A stretch of DNA of 64,000 nucleotides. Origin: Cyanophyceae cyanobacterium (GTDB taxonomy: Bacteria > Cyanobacteriota > Cyanobacteriia > Cyanobacteriales > JBHJGN01). The stretch lies in contig JBHJGN010000029.1 of assembly GCA_050331735.1 (NCBI GenBank), forward strand, positions 168,338-232,337. Direction: 5' to 3'. Below, piece by piece: positions 40,397 through 51,028 of this stretch. Positions within the stretch are counted from its first letter, which is position 1. Each line of letters starts with the position of its first letter. A model generated the notes under the pieces. It had not been told where the DNA came from. It ran no database searches and saw nothing but the letters and a program-made list of their open reading frames with translations. Both the position numbers and the translations under genes were made by a program.

Positions 40397-41641
40397 GCCC
40401 TGAACGATCTGCTTCAGGGTGGTAAACGTTTCTAACCCAATCAAGCCGCGGCGATTGCCTTTTTGATTGGACATGCCGAGAAACACTGAGTCTCCTCCTT
40501 TGCGGTAGCGACAGAAGCGAGGAGACGCATTAATGTACACCAATGCGCTGTCAATTTCGGTGGCAAACTGGCGGCTTTCTAAATAAGATTCGGTGACTAA
40601 ACAATTAGCATGGCCGCTGCTGTACTGGTTCATCCAGGCGATCGCCTCAGACAAGCTGGCGACAGTCCTAAACGCTACAGTGCGACTCAAATAAGCTTCT
40701 CCCCACTCGGAATCTTGAGCTAACGCCAGATATTCTGGAAATTCTGCGGCGAGTTGCCCCTCTCCCCGCAGCAGAAACCCCTTTTCCTGAAGACTATTAA
40801 AGAGACGCACCAGAGAAGTCGGCTTTTGCTGAGCATGAACCAACACTTTCTCAATCGCGTTCACGGGATCGGGCTGGCTGGCATGACTATCGAGAATTGT
40901 CCAGCGCACCAAATCTAAATTACCGCTGTCTGACCAATGAAGATAGCAATTTCCCATGGCCGACTTTAAGACAGGGGCCGTAGCTAGCTGAGTTACCTGC
41001 TGAATTAAGCTCGGACGACCGTAGGGAATGATGAGGTTCACGCACTGATCCTGGGTGACCAAGTCCTGAATGGAGATGCCTTGTTCTGGAGCAAGTACCT
41101 CCAAGCAACCAGTGGGCAGTCCGGCTTCTCCTAACGCTTCCTGGAGCACTCTGGTAATCACAGCGTTCGAGTTACTGGCTGAACCACATCCTCTCAAAAT
41201 GAGGCTGTTGCTTGTTTTGAGGCACAAGCCAGCCGCGATTGCCCCAAGCTCGGGAAACGCTTCGTAAATCAAGGCAATTACGCCCAGAGGCATCCTCTGG
41301 CAGTAAGTTTGAAAGGGGGTGAGCTGATAAACCGCATCGGTGACTCTCTGAATCGGATCGGTCAATTCTGCCAGCGCCTCCAAAATTTCTACGGCTGTTT
41401 GCAGACGCTCTGGCGTTAGCTTCAACCAGTCAATGACCAGCTCTGGTACCGCCATTTCTCGGCTGGTTTCGAGATCGAGGGTATTGGCCTCTAAAATTTC
41501 GTTGAAGGCCTCGTGCAGCCCCTGAGCCATGGCCCGTACTCCTCGACTGCGGTCTGCCCCCTTTGTTCTTTCTAACTCTAAAAACGCATGATGAGCGTTC
41601 TTGGCAACGGTCAGCGTGGAGGGATAAGAATCTGTCACCAT
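40388..41641 (-). CDS. Gamma-glutamyl phosphate reductase (ProA)-like paralog lacking the catalytic Cys
   Basis: ALDH/ProA motifs (MPLGVIALIYEA, SGH, DSA.VY.NAS.RF, LGMS.QK) but PDPVNAIEKVLVH in place of ..CNA.E.LLVH; start ATG 41641. Confidence 0.85.
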   Translation of the reverse strand: MVTDSYPSTLTVAKNAHHAFLELERTKGADRSRGVRAMAQGLHEAFNEILEANTLDLETSREMAVPELVIDWLKLTPERLQTAVEILEALAELTDPIQRVTDAVYQLTPFQTYCQRMPLGVIALIYEAFPELGAIAAGLCLKTSNSLILRGCGSASNSNAVITRVLQEALGEAGLPTGCLEVLAPEQGISIQDLVTQDQCVNLIIPYGRPSLIQQVTQLATAPVLKSAMGNCYLHWSDSGNLDLVRWTILDSHASQPDPVNAIEKVLVHAQQKPTSLVRLFNSLQEKGFLLRGEGQLAAEFPEYLALAQDSEWGEAYLSRTVAFRTVASLSEAIAWMNQYSSGHANCLVTESYLESRQFATEIDSALVYINASPRFCRYRKGGDSVFLGMSNQKGNRRGLIGLETFTTLKQIVQGLE

Positions 41642-41646
41642 AGGTT

Positions 41647-42054
41647 TTAGCGCCGATAAGCAAGCCAAGCCATGAGTGCTGGAATGAGCGCCAGCAACAC
41701 GGCAATAATGGCCCAAACAATAATGCCGATGCTGGAAGAGGAGCGCAGCGCCAGCGGCAGCCAAACAATTAGCAGCACACTGACAATTCCGAGCGTAATG
41801 GGAAGATAGCTTTCTCCCAGTCCAGAATGTGCGGCAGCCCAGCGATGTCCGGTCCAGCGCCACACTCGCTTGTAGGGATAGGTAGAAGATAACTGTTCAA
41901 TTGCCTGAGCATTGTCTTCGACGACAAATATTTGCTGACAGCGATCACACCCAAACGCTTCAGTGAGCGTAATCGGTAACAGACGCCCCCTTCGCCGACA
42001 GGGACAGGGGTACTCAGTACTAAGATCTATCTTCTGAGCTTTATAAGGTCGCAC
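41647..42054 (-). CDS. Cyanobacterial-type membrane protein with N-terminal Zn-ribbon
   Basis: YPCPCRRRG..FGCDRCQ and two C-terminal TM helices; GTG start. Confidence 0.75.
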   Translation of the reverse strand: MRPYKAQKIDLSTEYPCPCRRRGRLLPITLTEAFGCDRCQQIFVVEDNAQAIEQLSSTYPYKRVWRWTGHRWAAAHSGLGESYLPITLGIVSVLLIVWLPLALRSSSSIGIIVWAIIAVLLALIPALMAWLAYRR

Positions 42055-42166
42055 AAGCGTTTATCAGTATCGATGAAGACCAGTATTATCTAGTATATTG
42101 CCTATCACCGCAGCGACCCTACTTCTTTCCAGCACTATTAGAAAATAATCACTTTCCCTATTTCTA

Positions 42167-42238
42167 AGCGGGTAACGCGATTCGAACGCGCGACATTCAC
42201 CTTGGCAAGGTGACGCTCTACCACTGAGCTATACCCGC
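42167..42238 (-). tRNA. trnG: tRNA-Gly (GCC), CCA not encoded
   Basis: GCGGGTATAGCTCAGTGGTAGAGCGTCACCTTGCCAAGGTGAATGTCGCGCGTTCGAATCGCGTTACCCGCT folds as a cloverleaf with anticodon GCC. Confidence 0.98.
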
Positions 42239-42339
42239 ATTGACACTTCTACTATTGTCTTCAAAATTAACGTATTTGTCAACTTGTTCTTAGTAATTTC
42301 TGACTAGAGACGAAGACTCATTAAAAAAAACAAGCCAAC

Positions 42340-42398
42340 TTTCCTTTCCCTTGCCCCTTTCCCCTTTCCCCGTACCGGAGGGTTTCCCCTTTACCCCA
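42340..42398. repeat. TTTCCCC-type heptamer tract
   Basis: tttcctttcccttgcccctttcccctttcccc..tttcccctttacccc at the ribH 3' end. Confidence 0.7.
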
Positions 42399-42975
42399 CT
42401 TCTTCCGCCATCTCTGCCTCCGCGTTCCGCTCGGCAGCAAGCATTCCCGCCGTTCCTTCAGCAAGCTGTCGCTGAGCAACAGGGGGAGCAATGTCGCGAT
42501 TCACCTGCCGCATCAGATTCGCCATTTCCAAAGCATTCATGGCGTATCCCCAGCCGTGGTTACTCTTAATTCCGGCTCTTTCTAACGCCTGCTGCATGGT
42601 ATCGGTTGTCAGTACGCCAAAGATGACGGGCGTACCCGACTGAGAGCCAGCGGTAGCGACTCCTTTGGCTGCTTCACTAGCAACATAGTCAAAGTGAGGA
42701 GTTTGCCCGCGAATAATCGCGCCTAAACAAATCACGGCATCGTATCGATAGGAAAAAGCCAGTCTGCGAGCCAGGAGAGGAATTTCAAAGCTACCTGGTA
42801 TGTAAAAGTAATCGACTTGCGTCCCGTTCGGGTTAACGTCGATTCCGTGCCGCTTCAGGCAATCTTGACAGCCTGAGAGCAGCTTATCCGTCACCAAATC
42901 GTTAAATCGACTAATGATAATTGCAAACCTTAACGACGACGGATCTTGGGTGAAATTTCCCTCAAAAACGGCCAT
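42391..42975 (-). CDS. ribH: 6,7-dimethyl-8-ribityllumazine synthase
   Basis: [37 protein letters not shown]; start MAVFEG 42975. Confidence 0.97.
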   Translation of the reverse strand: MAVFEGNFTQDPSSLRFAIIISRFNDLVTDKLLSGCQDCLKRHGIDVNPNGTQVDYFYIPGSFEIPLLARRLAFSYRYDAVICLGAIIRGQTPHFDYVASEAAKGVATAGSQSGTPVIFGVLTTDTMQQALERAGIKSNHGWGYAMNALEMANLMRQVNRDIAPPVAQRQLAEGTAGMLAAERNAEAEMAEEVG

Positions 42976-43081
42976 AAAAACTTCGACGTGACCAATGAAC
43001 AATTACCAGTTTACCATCAGCATCGAGAGCGCTCGCTTTCAGCAGTTGCTCCCAGAGGAAACCCGCACAACCGCGCTACTT

Positions 43082-43105
43082 CTGGTCACTGGTCACTGGT
43101 CACTG
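43082..43105. repeat. Short tandem heptamer repeat (CTGGTCA)x3
   Basis: ctggtca ctggtca ctggtca ctg between psbZ and ribH. Confidence 0.8.
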
Positions 43106-43112
43106 CTTCTAA

Positions 43113-43301
43113 TTAGGTTACGAAGAAATTCAAGACAGCGACAACAAGCACTAAAGCCACCCAAATTCCAGAGCCAACCCAGAGTAGAGGCTTTGCCTGG
43201 TCCCAGTTCTGGGGAGTTGCATAGGCAACTGGAACGCCAATAACCATCACAAAGGAAAATAAAACTAAAGCAGCAAGTGCTAACTGAAACAGGATAAACA
43301 T
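43113..43301 (-). CDS. psbZ: Photosystem II protein PsbZ
   Basis: 62 aa, [25 protein letters not shown]; upstream of ribH. Confidence 0.96.
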   Translation of the reverse strand: MFILFQLALAALVLFSFVMVIGVPVAYATPQNWDQAKPLLWVGSGIWVALVLVVAVLNFFVT

Positions 43302-43482
43302 TGATAATTCTCCTAAACAACAACAGGAACGTCTTTACGCTCAATCCTTAACGCTTAATTATGTCAGAACCTTAACGACCCAAGGATTTTGCTTAACTAT
43401 TGTAACAACGTTTGGTGCCTCCTCAGGGCCTCGCGCTATTGCTGATGACCTTTACTCTAGACATAGAGGTGAATTTAAAGTT

Positions 43483-46119
43483 ATGGAATTAATCTTGTGT
43501 CATCAAACCGCTGACTTCGACTCGCTGGGCGCAGCCGTCGGAGTGTCTAAACTGAAGCAGGGCAAAATTGTTCTGACCGGAGGAGTTCACCCCTCAGTCA
43601 AAGAATTTCTGGCCCTTTATCGCGACGAATTTCCTCTGATTGAAGCTCGCAGCGTGGATACCGCCGCGATCCGCTCCATCAGCATTGTTGATACAGGACA
43701 GCGCGATCGCCTCGGCAGTGCGGCCCAGTGGTTAGACTTGCCTCACCTCAACTCGATAGAAATTTACGATCATCACCTCGGCCATTCAGACATTGCCGCT
43801 ACCCGCTGTACGGTCGCCGCCGTCGGCTCCACCTCGACCCTGATTGCCGAAACTCTCCAGCAGCAAAATATCGACCTGAATCCGTTTGAAGCGACGGCGA
43901 TGGCGCTGGGGGTGCATGTCGATACTGGCTCGCTGACGTTTGCCCACACAACTCCCCGCGATGCGCGGGCTTTAGCTTGGCTGATGGAGCAGGGCGCAGC
44001 GGTTAAAATGATTGCCGAATACGTCGAGCCGAGTTTGTCGCCGCAGAAACAGCAGCTCCTGGCCGATGCCCTCGAAAATCTGCAAACAACAACAGTACAG
44101 GGACAAACGATTGCCTGGGTCTTGCTAGAAACCCCAGAGTTCGTGCCGGGGTTATCGACGCTGGCCTCGCAGTTGGTCGAACTGACCGCCGCCGATGCGC
44201 TGCTGTTGGCTCATCAATACCGCCAGCAAAAGCTAACGGTAATTGGGCGATCGCGCATCGAGCACACCGATCTCAACGAGCTGTTGGCTCCTTTGGGCGG
44301 TGGGGGACATGCCCAAGCAGCCTCGGTCACCCTTGAGAACCCCAACGCGGCAGCCACCCTACAGCAATTGGTCGCTCAGCTTCAGGCTCAAGTGCCTCAG
44401 CCGCCAACGGCGCGGGAACTGATGTCTTCCCCAGTCCGCACCATTCGCCCCGATACTAGCATTCGCCAAGCCCACCGCATCCTGCTGCGTTACGGTCATT
44501 CGGGACTGTCGGTCGTCGATCAAAGCGATCACCTGGTGGGAATGATTTCTCGGCGAGACCTTGACCTAGCCCTCCATCACGGCTTTGACCATGCTCCTGT
44601 CAAGGGGTATATGTCTAAAAACCTCAAAACCATTCGTCCCGATACGCCGCTGCCGGAAATAGAGTCCTTGATGATTACTTACGACATCGGCAGACTGCCC
44701 GTTTTGGACTCCGAGCAGCTAGTGGGCATTGTTACCCGTACCGACGTGCTGCGCCAGCTTCATCAGCGATGGCCCTCTCCCTCAGAGTCTGCTTCTCAAG
44801 TGACCCATTTGCTGCCCGTTGCTGAGCTTCTAACTCCGGCTGTCAGGGAACTCCTCGACGGTGCTGCTCGCGCAGCCCAGCAGCGGGGATGGCATCTTTA
44901 TTTAGTGGGGGGAGCCGTGCGAGACTTACTGCTGGCCGAGTCTGAACCGCTGCTGCTTCAGGATATCGATCTGGTTGTCGATGGTCCGGATGCTGCTGAA
45001 GCCGGAGCGGGAGTTGAGCTAGCAACAGCACTGCAATCGTTCTATCCCAACGCTCGTCTCTCGATTCACGGGGAGTTTAAAACCGCCGCTCTCCTGTGGC
45101 ACGACGATCCGCAGCTAGGTTCACTATGGGTGGATATTGCCACGGCGCGGACAGAATTTTATCCCTATCCTGCTGCCAATCCCGAAGTCGAGGCCAGCTC
45201 GATTCGTCAAGACCTCTATCGCCGCGATTTTACGATCAATGCTCTTGCTTTACGGTTGACCCCCTCCCAAAAGTTACTCGACTTTTTCGGCGGTCTCATC
45301 GATCTGCGAGCCCGCTTAATCCGCGTACTGTACGCGAATAGCTTTATTGAAGATCCCACCCGGATCTACCGCGCGGTGCGCTTTGCCGTTCGGCTCGGCT
45401 TTCAGATTGAGTCTCAAACCGAAGAATATATCCGCTACGCTATCGACAGCGGTGTTTTCGAGCGCATCGACAATCGACCAGCGCCGGCCCTCACGACCAG
45501 ACTCAAAGCAGAACTTAAATATATCCTTCAGGCTCCCTACTGGAGAGCGGCTCTTCAGCGCCTTGACTCCTTGGGCGCTTTACGCTGTCTTCATCCAGCT
45601 TTGCAGCTCAAGCAGTCGTGGTGGCAGATTCGCTATCTGAGTCGATGGCTGAGGCGGCTCGATCCCGAGCAAACCCTAGTTCACTGGCAGATGCGCCTGG
45701 AGACGTTGCTGACCTGTTTGCCCTCAGCGGAGCGAGAGCAGGTTGCTACCCGGCTTCAGTTACCGCAAGAAAGTGTACAACGTCTTCAGCAGCTCGAACC
45801 AGTCCAGGAGAAGCTTCGCCAGCTTCCCAACTGTGATTGCCCTAGCCAGGTAGTCATGCTGCTGCGTCGGTATCGATGGCCGATGTTGATCTCAGTCAGT
45901 GCCCACAGCTCTCCGCCGATCCGCCGTCAGATTTGGCAGTACTTAACGACTCTGGCCCACATCAAAGCTCCTTTAGATGGAAACGATCTCAAAGCATTGG
46001 GATACAGGCCCGGTCCTCAGTACAAACTGATGTTAGACGAGCTTCTGAAAGCGACCCTAGATGGAGAAATTACCAACCGCTCTGAAGCAGAACGATTTTT
46101 GGAAACGCTCAACGGATAG
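43483..46119 (+). CDS. DHH-CBS-tRNA nucleotidyltransferase (A-adding/CCA-type)
   Basis: HQTADFD and YDHH (DHH), GGGHAQAA, two CBS domains, [32 protein letters not shown]. Confidence 0.92.
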   Translation: MELILCHQTADFDSLGAAVGVSKLKQGKIVLTGGVHPSVKEFLALYRDEFPLIEARSVDTAAIRSISIVDTGQRDRLGSAAQWLDLPHLNSIEIYDHHLGHSDIAATRCTVAAVGSTSTLIAETLQQQNIDLNPFEATAMALGVHVDTGSLTFAHTTPRDARALAWLMEQGAAVKMIAEYVEPSLSPQKQQLLADALENLQTTTVQGQTIAWVLLETPEFVPGLSTLASQLVELTAADALLLAHQYRQQKLTVIGRSRIEHTDLNELLAPLGGGGHAQAASVTLENPNAAATLQQLVAQLQAQVPQPPTARELMSSPVRTIRPDTSIRQAHRILLRYGHSGLSVVDQSDHLVGMISRRDLDLALHHGFDHAPVKGYMSKNLKTIRPDTPLPEIESLMITYDIGRLPVLDSEQLVGIVTRTDVLRQLHQRWPSPSESASQVTHLLPVAELLTPAVRELLDGAARAAQQRGWHLYLVGGAVRDLLLAESEPLLLQDIDLVVDGPDAAEAGAGVELATALQSFYPNARLSIHGEFKTAALLWHDDPQLGSLWVDIATARTEFYPYPAANPEVEASSIRQDLYRRDFTINALALRLTPSQKLLDFFGGLIDLRARLIRVLYANSFIEDPTRIYRAVRFAVRLGFQIESQTEEYIRYAIDSGVFERIDNRPAPALTTRLKAELKYILQAPYWRAALQRLDSLGALRCLHPALQLKQSWWQIRYLSRWLRRLDPEQTLVHWQMRLETLLTCLPSAEREQVATRLQLPQESVQRLQQLEPVQEKLRQLPNCDCPSQVVMLLRRYRWPMLISVSAHSSPPIRRQIWQYLTTLAHIKAPLDGNDLKALGYRPGPQYKLMLDELLKATLDGEITNRSEAERFLETLNG

Positions 46120-46319
46120 CAGCAGGCGGCGACCGATGGAGTTTCTGCTGATGAATCTGACTTTCGGTGCTTGCAAAACCTCAGTCGGATTGAGGACACT
46201 AGATGTGAATAGATCGAGAGGCGATCGCTCAACCTCGTTCAGTCCTCTTTCCAGGATTCCTGAGAAGCAAGATATAATTTTTAACAAAAGCCCGTTTACA
46301 TTTAAATTATTAATCAATC

Positions 46320-46667
46320 ATGAGCCGATCAAACTTGGATGCTTTTTTCTTTGGGAGAGCGCTAGCCGAAGCTCTTTATGACAAATTAGAAGATGGTTTT
46401 ACCGATGCTCTGAGCGAAATTGGTAAATTTGATGCCGAACAGCGCGAACGGCTGCGTCAGTTTATGCAAGAAGTATCGGTTAAAGCCGAGCAAGAAGCAC
46501 AGCAGGGAGTCGAGGTCGGGAGTGCTTCCCCATCGCCGCCTCCTGCGTCTGGCAGGATAGCAACGACGGTCGATCTGCAAGCTATGATTGATGAGTTGCG
46601 GGCAGAAATTGCTCGCTTACGAGCTGAACTAAAGGCCTATAGCGGACCATCTGCCTCAAGTAATTAG
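46320..46667 (+). CDS. Conserved cyanobacterial coiled-coil protein (DUF6825-like)
   Basis: AFFFGRALAE..GKFDAEQRE.LRQF..DLQAMIDELRAEIA; heads the kinase-phosphatase run. Confidence 0.75.
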   Translation: MSRSNLDAFFFGRALAEALYDKLEDGFTDALSEIGKFDAEQRERLRQFMQEVSVKAEQEAQQGVEVGSASPSPPPASGRIATTVDLQAMIDELRAEIARLRAELKAYSGPSASSN

Positions 46668-46740
46668 GGGGACGATCGATTCGTCGTCAAGCATTTTATT
46701 TTAAGCCAAGCATTCTAACAAAACCGAGATTATAGAGCGA

Positions 46741-48486
46741 GTGTCTGCCCTTTCTCAATCCGAAGCTAATTCTAAGGTATCTCTAGCGACTGCTAGAGTC
46801 TCTCCTAAACCGGTAGGTGGTAAAAAGGTTTACCGCTGGAACAAAGAAAACTATTCTCGTAACCGCCGACGCTTTGATATTTGGCGGTTCGTACTGACCT
46901 TTTTATTTAAGCTCTGGCGAAATAGCCAAAAGTGGAGCTATGCTGGCGGATATAGCGAAGAAAAGCTGAAAGCTCGTCGCAAAATTCAGGCTATCTGGAT
47001 TCGTGAGAATTTGCTAGAGCTAGGACCAACCTTTATTAAGGTCGGACAGCTATTTTCAACCCGCGCCGATCTGTTTCCGGCAGAATACGTCGAAGAATTG
47101 GCTAAGCTTCAAGATCGCGTACCGGCGTTTTCCTACGAGCAAGTCGCCGCCATTATTGAAAAAGATTTAGGGAACCCCTCTAAGCTGTTTCAGAGTTTCG
47201 ATCCGACTCCGCTGGCTGCTGCTAGCCTCGGGCAGGTCCATAAAGCCCAACTGCACAGCGGGGAAGAGGTGGTGGTGAAAGCGCAGCGTCCTGGCTTGAA
47301 GCAGCTATTCACGATCGATTTGGCCATTTTGAAGCGCATTGCTCGCTATTTCCAGAACCATCCGAAATGGGGGAAAGGGCGAGACTGGCTCGGGATTTAT
47401 GACGAATGCTGTCGCATTCTTTGGGAAGAAACAGATTACCTTAACGAGGGTCGCAACGCCGATATGTTTCGACGGAACTTCCGCGAACATGACTGGGTAA
47501 AAGTTCCGAAAGTACACTGGCGCTACACTTCCCCGCGAGTGTTGACCCTAGAGTACATGCCAGGAATTAAAATCAGTCACTATGAGGCGTTAGAAGCGGC
47601 TGGATTAGACCGTAAAAACTTAGCCAGGCTGGGGGCTAAATCGTATCTGCATCAGTTGCTCAACGATGGCTTTTTCCATGCCGACCCTCATCCAGGAAAC
47701 ATCGCGGTGGACCCGGAAGGAGCGCTGATTTTCTATGACTTCGGCATGATGGGTCAGATTAGAAGCAACATCCGCGAAAAGCTGATGCAGACGCTGTTTG
47801 GCATCGCGGAAAAGAATGGTGATCGCGTGGTAGATTCCCTGATCGAGCTAGGAGCGCTGGCCCCAACAGACGATATGGGTCCGGTACGACGCTCAGTTCA
47901 GTTTATGCTGGACAACTTTATGGATAAGCCCTTTGAGGCGCAGTCAGTGAGTCAGATTAGCGACGACCTCTATGAAATTGCCTACGATCAGCCTTTTCGC
48001 TTCCCCGCTACCTTTACCTTTGTGATGCGCGCTTTTTCAACCCTAGAAGGAGTCGGCAAAGGTCTAGATCCCGAATTTAATTTTATGGAAGTCGCACAAC
48101 CCTACGCAATGCAGCTAATGACAAACGGAAATTCACGAGACGGTCAAACCATCATCGATGAGCTGAGCAGGCAGGCAGTGCAGGTTGGGAGTACCGCCCT
48201 CGGTCTTCCCCGACGCATTGAGGATACGATTGAAAAGCTAGAGCGGGGAGACCTGCGCCTGCGGGTGCGCTCCATCGAATCCGACCGCGTCCTGCGTCGC
48301 CTGAGTGCTATTCAGCTCGGCACAAACTACGCGATCTTATCGAGTGCTTTGATCGTTTCGACAACACTGCTGTTCGTTAACGGATATAATGCAGTGGCAG
48401 TCGTGGTCGCGATTGTCGCAGCGGTTCCGGCTTTGGCCTTCTTCCGTCTTTTACGACGACTGAACCGTATCGATCGCATGTATTAA
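46741..48486 (+). CDS. ABC1/UbiB atypical kinase
   Basis: LGPTFIKVGQ, AAASLGQVH, VVVK.QRP, FFHADPHPGN, YDFGM. Confidence 0.93.
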   Translation: MSALSQSEANSKVSLATARVSPKPVGGKKVYRWNKENYSRNRRRFDIWRFVLTFLFKLWRNSQKWSYAGGYSEEKLKARRKIQAIWIRENLLELGPTFIKVGQLFSTRADLFPAEYVEELAKLQDRVPAFSYEQVAAIIEKDLGNPSKLFQSFDPTPLAAASLGQVHKAQLHSGEEVVVKAQRPGLKQLFTIDLAILKRIARYFQNHPKWGKGRDWLGIYDECCRILWEETDYLNEGRNADMFRRNFREHDWVKVPKVHWRYTSPRVLTLEYMPGIKISHYEALEAAGLDRKNLARLGAKSYLHQLLNDGFFHADPHPGNIAVDPEGALIFYDFGMMGQIRSNIREKLMQTLFGIAEKNGDRVVDSLIELGALAPTDDMGPVRRSVQFMLDNFMDKPFEAQSVSQISDDLYEIAYDQPFRFPATFTFVMRAFSTLEGVGKGLDPEFNFMEVAQPYAMQLMTNGNSRDGQTIIDELSRQAVQVGSTALGLPRRIEDTIEKLERGDLRLRVRSIESDRVLRRLSAIQLGTNYAILSSALIVSTTLLFVNGYNAVAVVVAIVAAVPALAFFRLLRRLNRIDRMY

Positions 48487-48507
48487 TTTTGATAGTGTAA
48501 GCAGTCT

Positions 48508-49236
48508 ATGAACCGTCGCTTTGCGGGCTTGACCGATCCAGGTTTGGTCAGAGCCACCAATCAGGATAACTACTACATCGATCCGGCAGGACGTTTTTTC
48601 GTAGTTGCTGACGGGATGGGTGGACATGCTGGCGGACAAGAAGCGAGTCAGATAGCGATTTGTCATCTTCAAACGTACCTGGATCAGCACTGGGAAGCGG
48701 CGACTCCTTCCCCAGAGTTGTTAGGAGACGCACTGACCGAAGCTAACCAAAAGATTCTCGCCGATCAGCGCCAGCATCCAGAGCGCTCGGACATGGGGAC
48801 GACAGTAGTAGTGGTCGTGTTTCGTCAAGACCAGCCGTGGTGCGCTCACGTGGGTGATTCCCGCCTCTATCGACTGCGAGAGACTTTAGAGCAAATGACA
48901 GAAGATGAAACCTGGGTGGCTCAAGCCATTAGAGCTGGTGAACTGACGGCACGGCAGGCGAGGCAACATCCCTGGCGACACGTTTTAAGTAAATGTTTGG
49001 GACGACAAGACTTAAGCGACATTGAGGTGCATCCATTAGATGTTAAACGGGGCGATCGCCTGTTGCTGTGTAGCGACGGATTGACGGAAGAGGTGCCAGA
49101 TGAGCTGATCGAAAATCTGCTTCAGTCGAGTGCAAGCTGTGAAGAAGCCGCGACCAAGCTAGTCGAGCAAGCCAAACAAGCAGGCGGGGCAGATAACGTG
49201 ACGGTCATTGTCATTGCTCAAGATTCTCAACAATAG
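48508..49236 (+). CDS. pphA: PP2C-type Ser/Thr phosphatase (PphA-like)
   Basis: R..NQD, VADGMGGH, MGTT, HVGDSR, CSDGL, GG.DN; follows an ABC1 kinase as sll1770-sll1771 do in Synechocystis. Confidence 0.8.
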   Translation: MNRRFAGLTDPGLVRATNQDNYYIDPAGRFFVVADGMGGHAGGQEASQIAICHLQTYLDQHWEAATPSPELLGDALTEANQKILADQRQHPERSDMGTTVVVVVFRQDQPWCAHVGDSRLYRLRETLEQMTEDETWVAQAIRAGELTARQARQHPWRHVLSKCLGRQDLSDIEVHPLDVKRGDRLLLCSDGLTEEVPDELIENLLQSSASCEEAATKLVEQAKQAGGADNVTVIVIAQDSQQ

Positions 49237-49310
49237 AGATTTCGTTAATTATTGATAGTCAGTTGTTAGCGTCTATCAACTATCGTCGCTATCTGCGAAC
49301 CGTATCGCTT

Positions 49311-50522
49311 TTAGCTTAACCGATTGCCCATTGCCCGTCCTGCTAACCAAGATGTTGTCCAGGCACTCTGAAAATTGAAGCCGCCCGTGACACCATCAAC
49401 ATCGAGGATTTCTCCGGCTAGATGTAGCCCTGGACAGCATTTACTGGCCATCGTTTTAAAATCGACTTCTTTGAGCTTCACGCCGCCGCAGGTCACAAAC
49501 TCCTCTTTAAATACGCCCTTCCCGTCTATCTGATAACTCCCCTGCGTGAGTTCGTCAACTAAGCGATTAAGCTGTTTTTTAGAGACTTCTGCCCACGTTT
49601 GGGTGATGCCAACACTGTCCACAAACTGCTGCCACAGTCTTTTGGGTAACGGCAGCGGGCAGTAGCTCTGCACTCGTTTTCGCGGTGTTTGGGCTTTAAT
49701 ATTGAGCAACTGATGTCGTAAGGATTCTGCGCTGTAGCCTGGAACCCAATTAATCGCCACCGGCATCCGATAACAATGGTTGTGGAGTATTCTCGCTCCC
49801 CAAGCCGAGAGTTTCAGAACGGCTGGCCCGCTGATGCCCCAATGGGTAATCAGTAGCGGACCTGATTGAGCAAGCTTGGTTCCTACTAGGCGCACGTTAA
49901 CGTTGTCTACGCTGACTCCGGCTAACTCTTTGAGACGTGGGTCATCGATATTAAAGGTAAACAAAGACGGGACAGGAGGAACAACACTATGTCCCAACTC
50001 CTTAGCCCAGCGGTATCCGAGCGGATTACTGCCGGTAGCGAGCAGGAGGCGATCGCTCCCTAAAGTTTCTCCCGACTTGAGCTGCACGACAAAGCTTCCT
50101 CCGTGAGAACAGACTGATTTGACCGCCGCCCCCAGACGCAGCTCTACACCCGCCTCAACCGCTGCGTTGACCAGGCAGTTAACAATAGTTGCGGATGAAT
50201 CCGTGGTAGGAAACATGCGTCCGTCTGCCTCGGTTTTGAGCTGTACTCCCCGCGACTCAAACCAGGCAGCGGTATCCTGGGGCTGAAACCGAGTAAACGC
50301 CCCCCGCAGAGCTTTACCGCCTCTAGGGTAATACTGCACAAGCTGAGCCGGATCGAAGCAGTGATGAGTGACGTTACAGCGACCACCGCCGGAGAGCCGA
50401 ACTTTGGCTAACGGTTTACGCCCCGCTTCTAATAACGTTACGGAAACGGGCGGATGGGTCGCGGCGCAGGCGATTGCCCCAAAAAAACCAGCCGCCCCCC
50501 CGCCGATGACAATTGCTTTCAC
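49311..50522 (-). CDS. HI0933/BaiN family flavoprotein
   Basis: IGGGAAG, SGGGRCNVT, LITHWG.SGP, VTCGGV, GE.LDVDG.TGGFNFQ. Confidence 0.92.
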   Translation of the reverse strand: MKAIVIGGGAAGFFGAIACAATHPPVSVTLLEAGRKPLAKVRLSGGGRCNVTHHCFDPAQLVQYYPRGGKALRGAFTRFQPQDTAAWFESRGVQLKTEADGRMFPTTDSSATIVNCLVNAAVEAGVELRLGAAVKSVCSHGGSFVVQLKSGETLGSDRLLLATGSNPLGYRWAKELGHSVVPPVPSLFTFNIDDPRLKELAGVSVDNVNVRLVGTKLAQSGPLLITHWGISGPAVLKLSAWGARILHNHCYRMPVAINWVPGYSAESLRHQLLNIKAQTPRKRVQSYCPLPLPKRLWQQFVDSVGITQTWAEVSKKQLNRLVDELTQGSYQIDGKGVFKEEFVTCGGVKLKEVDFKTMASKCCPGLHLAGEILDVDGVTGGFNFQSAWTTSWLAGRAMGNRLS

Positions 50523-50577
50523 TAATATCTCAATTTGATCTTGTCAGCCAGCCGATTCTCCACCTTGCCGCGCTGCT

Positions 50578-50736
50578 TTATTCAGCTTCAAAATCATCTT
50601 TGCTAGCACCGCACACCGGACAAACCCAATCCTGCGGCAGATCCTCAAACGCGGTTCCTGGATCGATCCCGTTCTCGGGATCTCCGTTTTCTGGGTCATA
50701 TTCGTAACCGCATACTGAACAGACAGACGTACTCAT
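50578..50736 (-). CDS. Rubredoxin (52 aa, absent from ORF track)
   Basis: [52 protein letters not shown]; two CxxC motifs. Confidence 0.95.
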   Translation of the reverse strand: MSTSVCSVCGYEYDPENGDPENGIDPGTAFEDLPQDWVCPVCGASKDDFEAE

Positions 50737-50866
50737 CGTTTGCTTTCTCAATAATTTTTGGCCAATGACAGTAGCTACAGCTTAGCTTAACGTGATATCC
50801 AATCCAGATTCTGAAGGACGGCGCTACTTTTCTGCTGCTCAGCCATTATGGACCGCACCGCTTGCT

Positions 50867-51028
50867 TTAAAATCGTTTGGTCTTCTGTACTCCGTAGACG
50901 ATTCCCGTCAGCAACGAGAGCACAATCAAACCAAGAATGACACCTCCAGGAATAAAGGTGAGCATGCCAAAGCCTCTGAGAAGATAGCACAAGAGAGTGA
51001 CTAATAGAGAAGCGATGAAGATTTTCAT
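50867..51028 (-). CDS. Small two-TM membrane protein (53 aa, absent from ORF track)
   Basis: MKIFIASLLVTLLCYLLRGFGMLTFIPGGVILGLIVLSLLTGIVYGVQKTKRF. Confidence 0.7.
   Translation of the reverse strand: MKIFIASLLVTLLCYLLRGFGMLTFIPGGVILGLIVLSLLTGIVYGVQKTKRF

Noticed and set aside
41642..41863. 74-aa N-terminal extension of the ProA-like ORF
   Set aside because: It overlaps the upstream membrane-protein gene in another frame; ATG 41641 fits a coupled start
42167..42340. tRNA-Gly as an integration site for a genomic island
   Set aside because: No integrase, no duplicated tRNA 3' end seen, and the flanks are core genes
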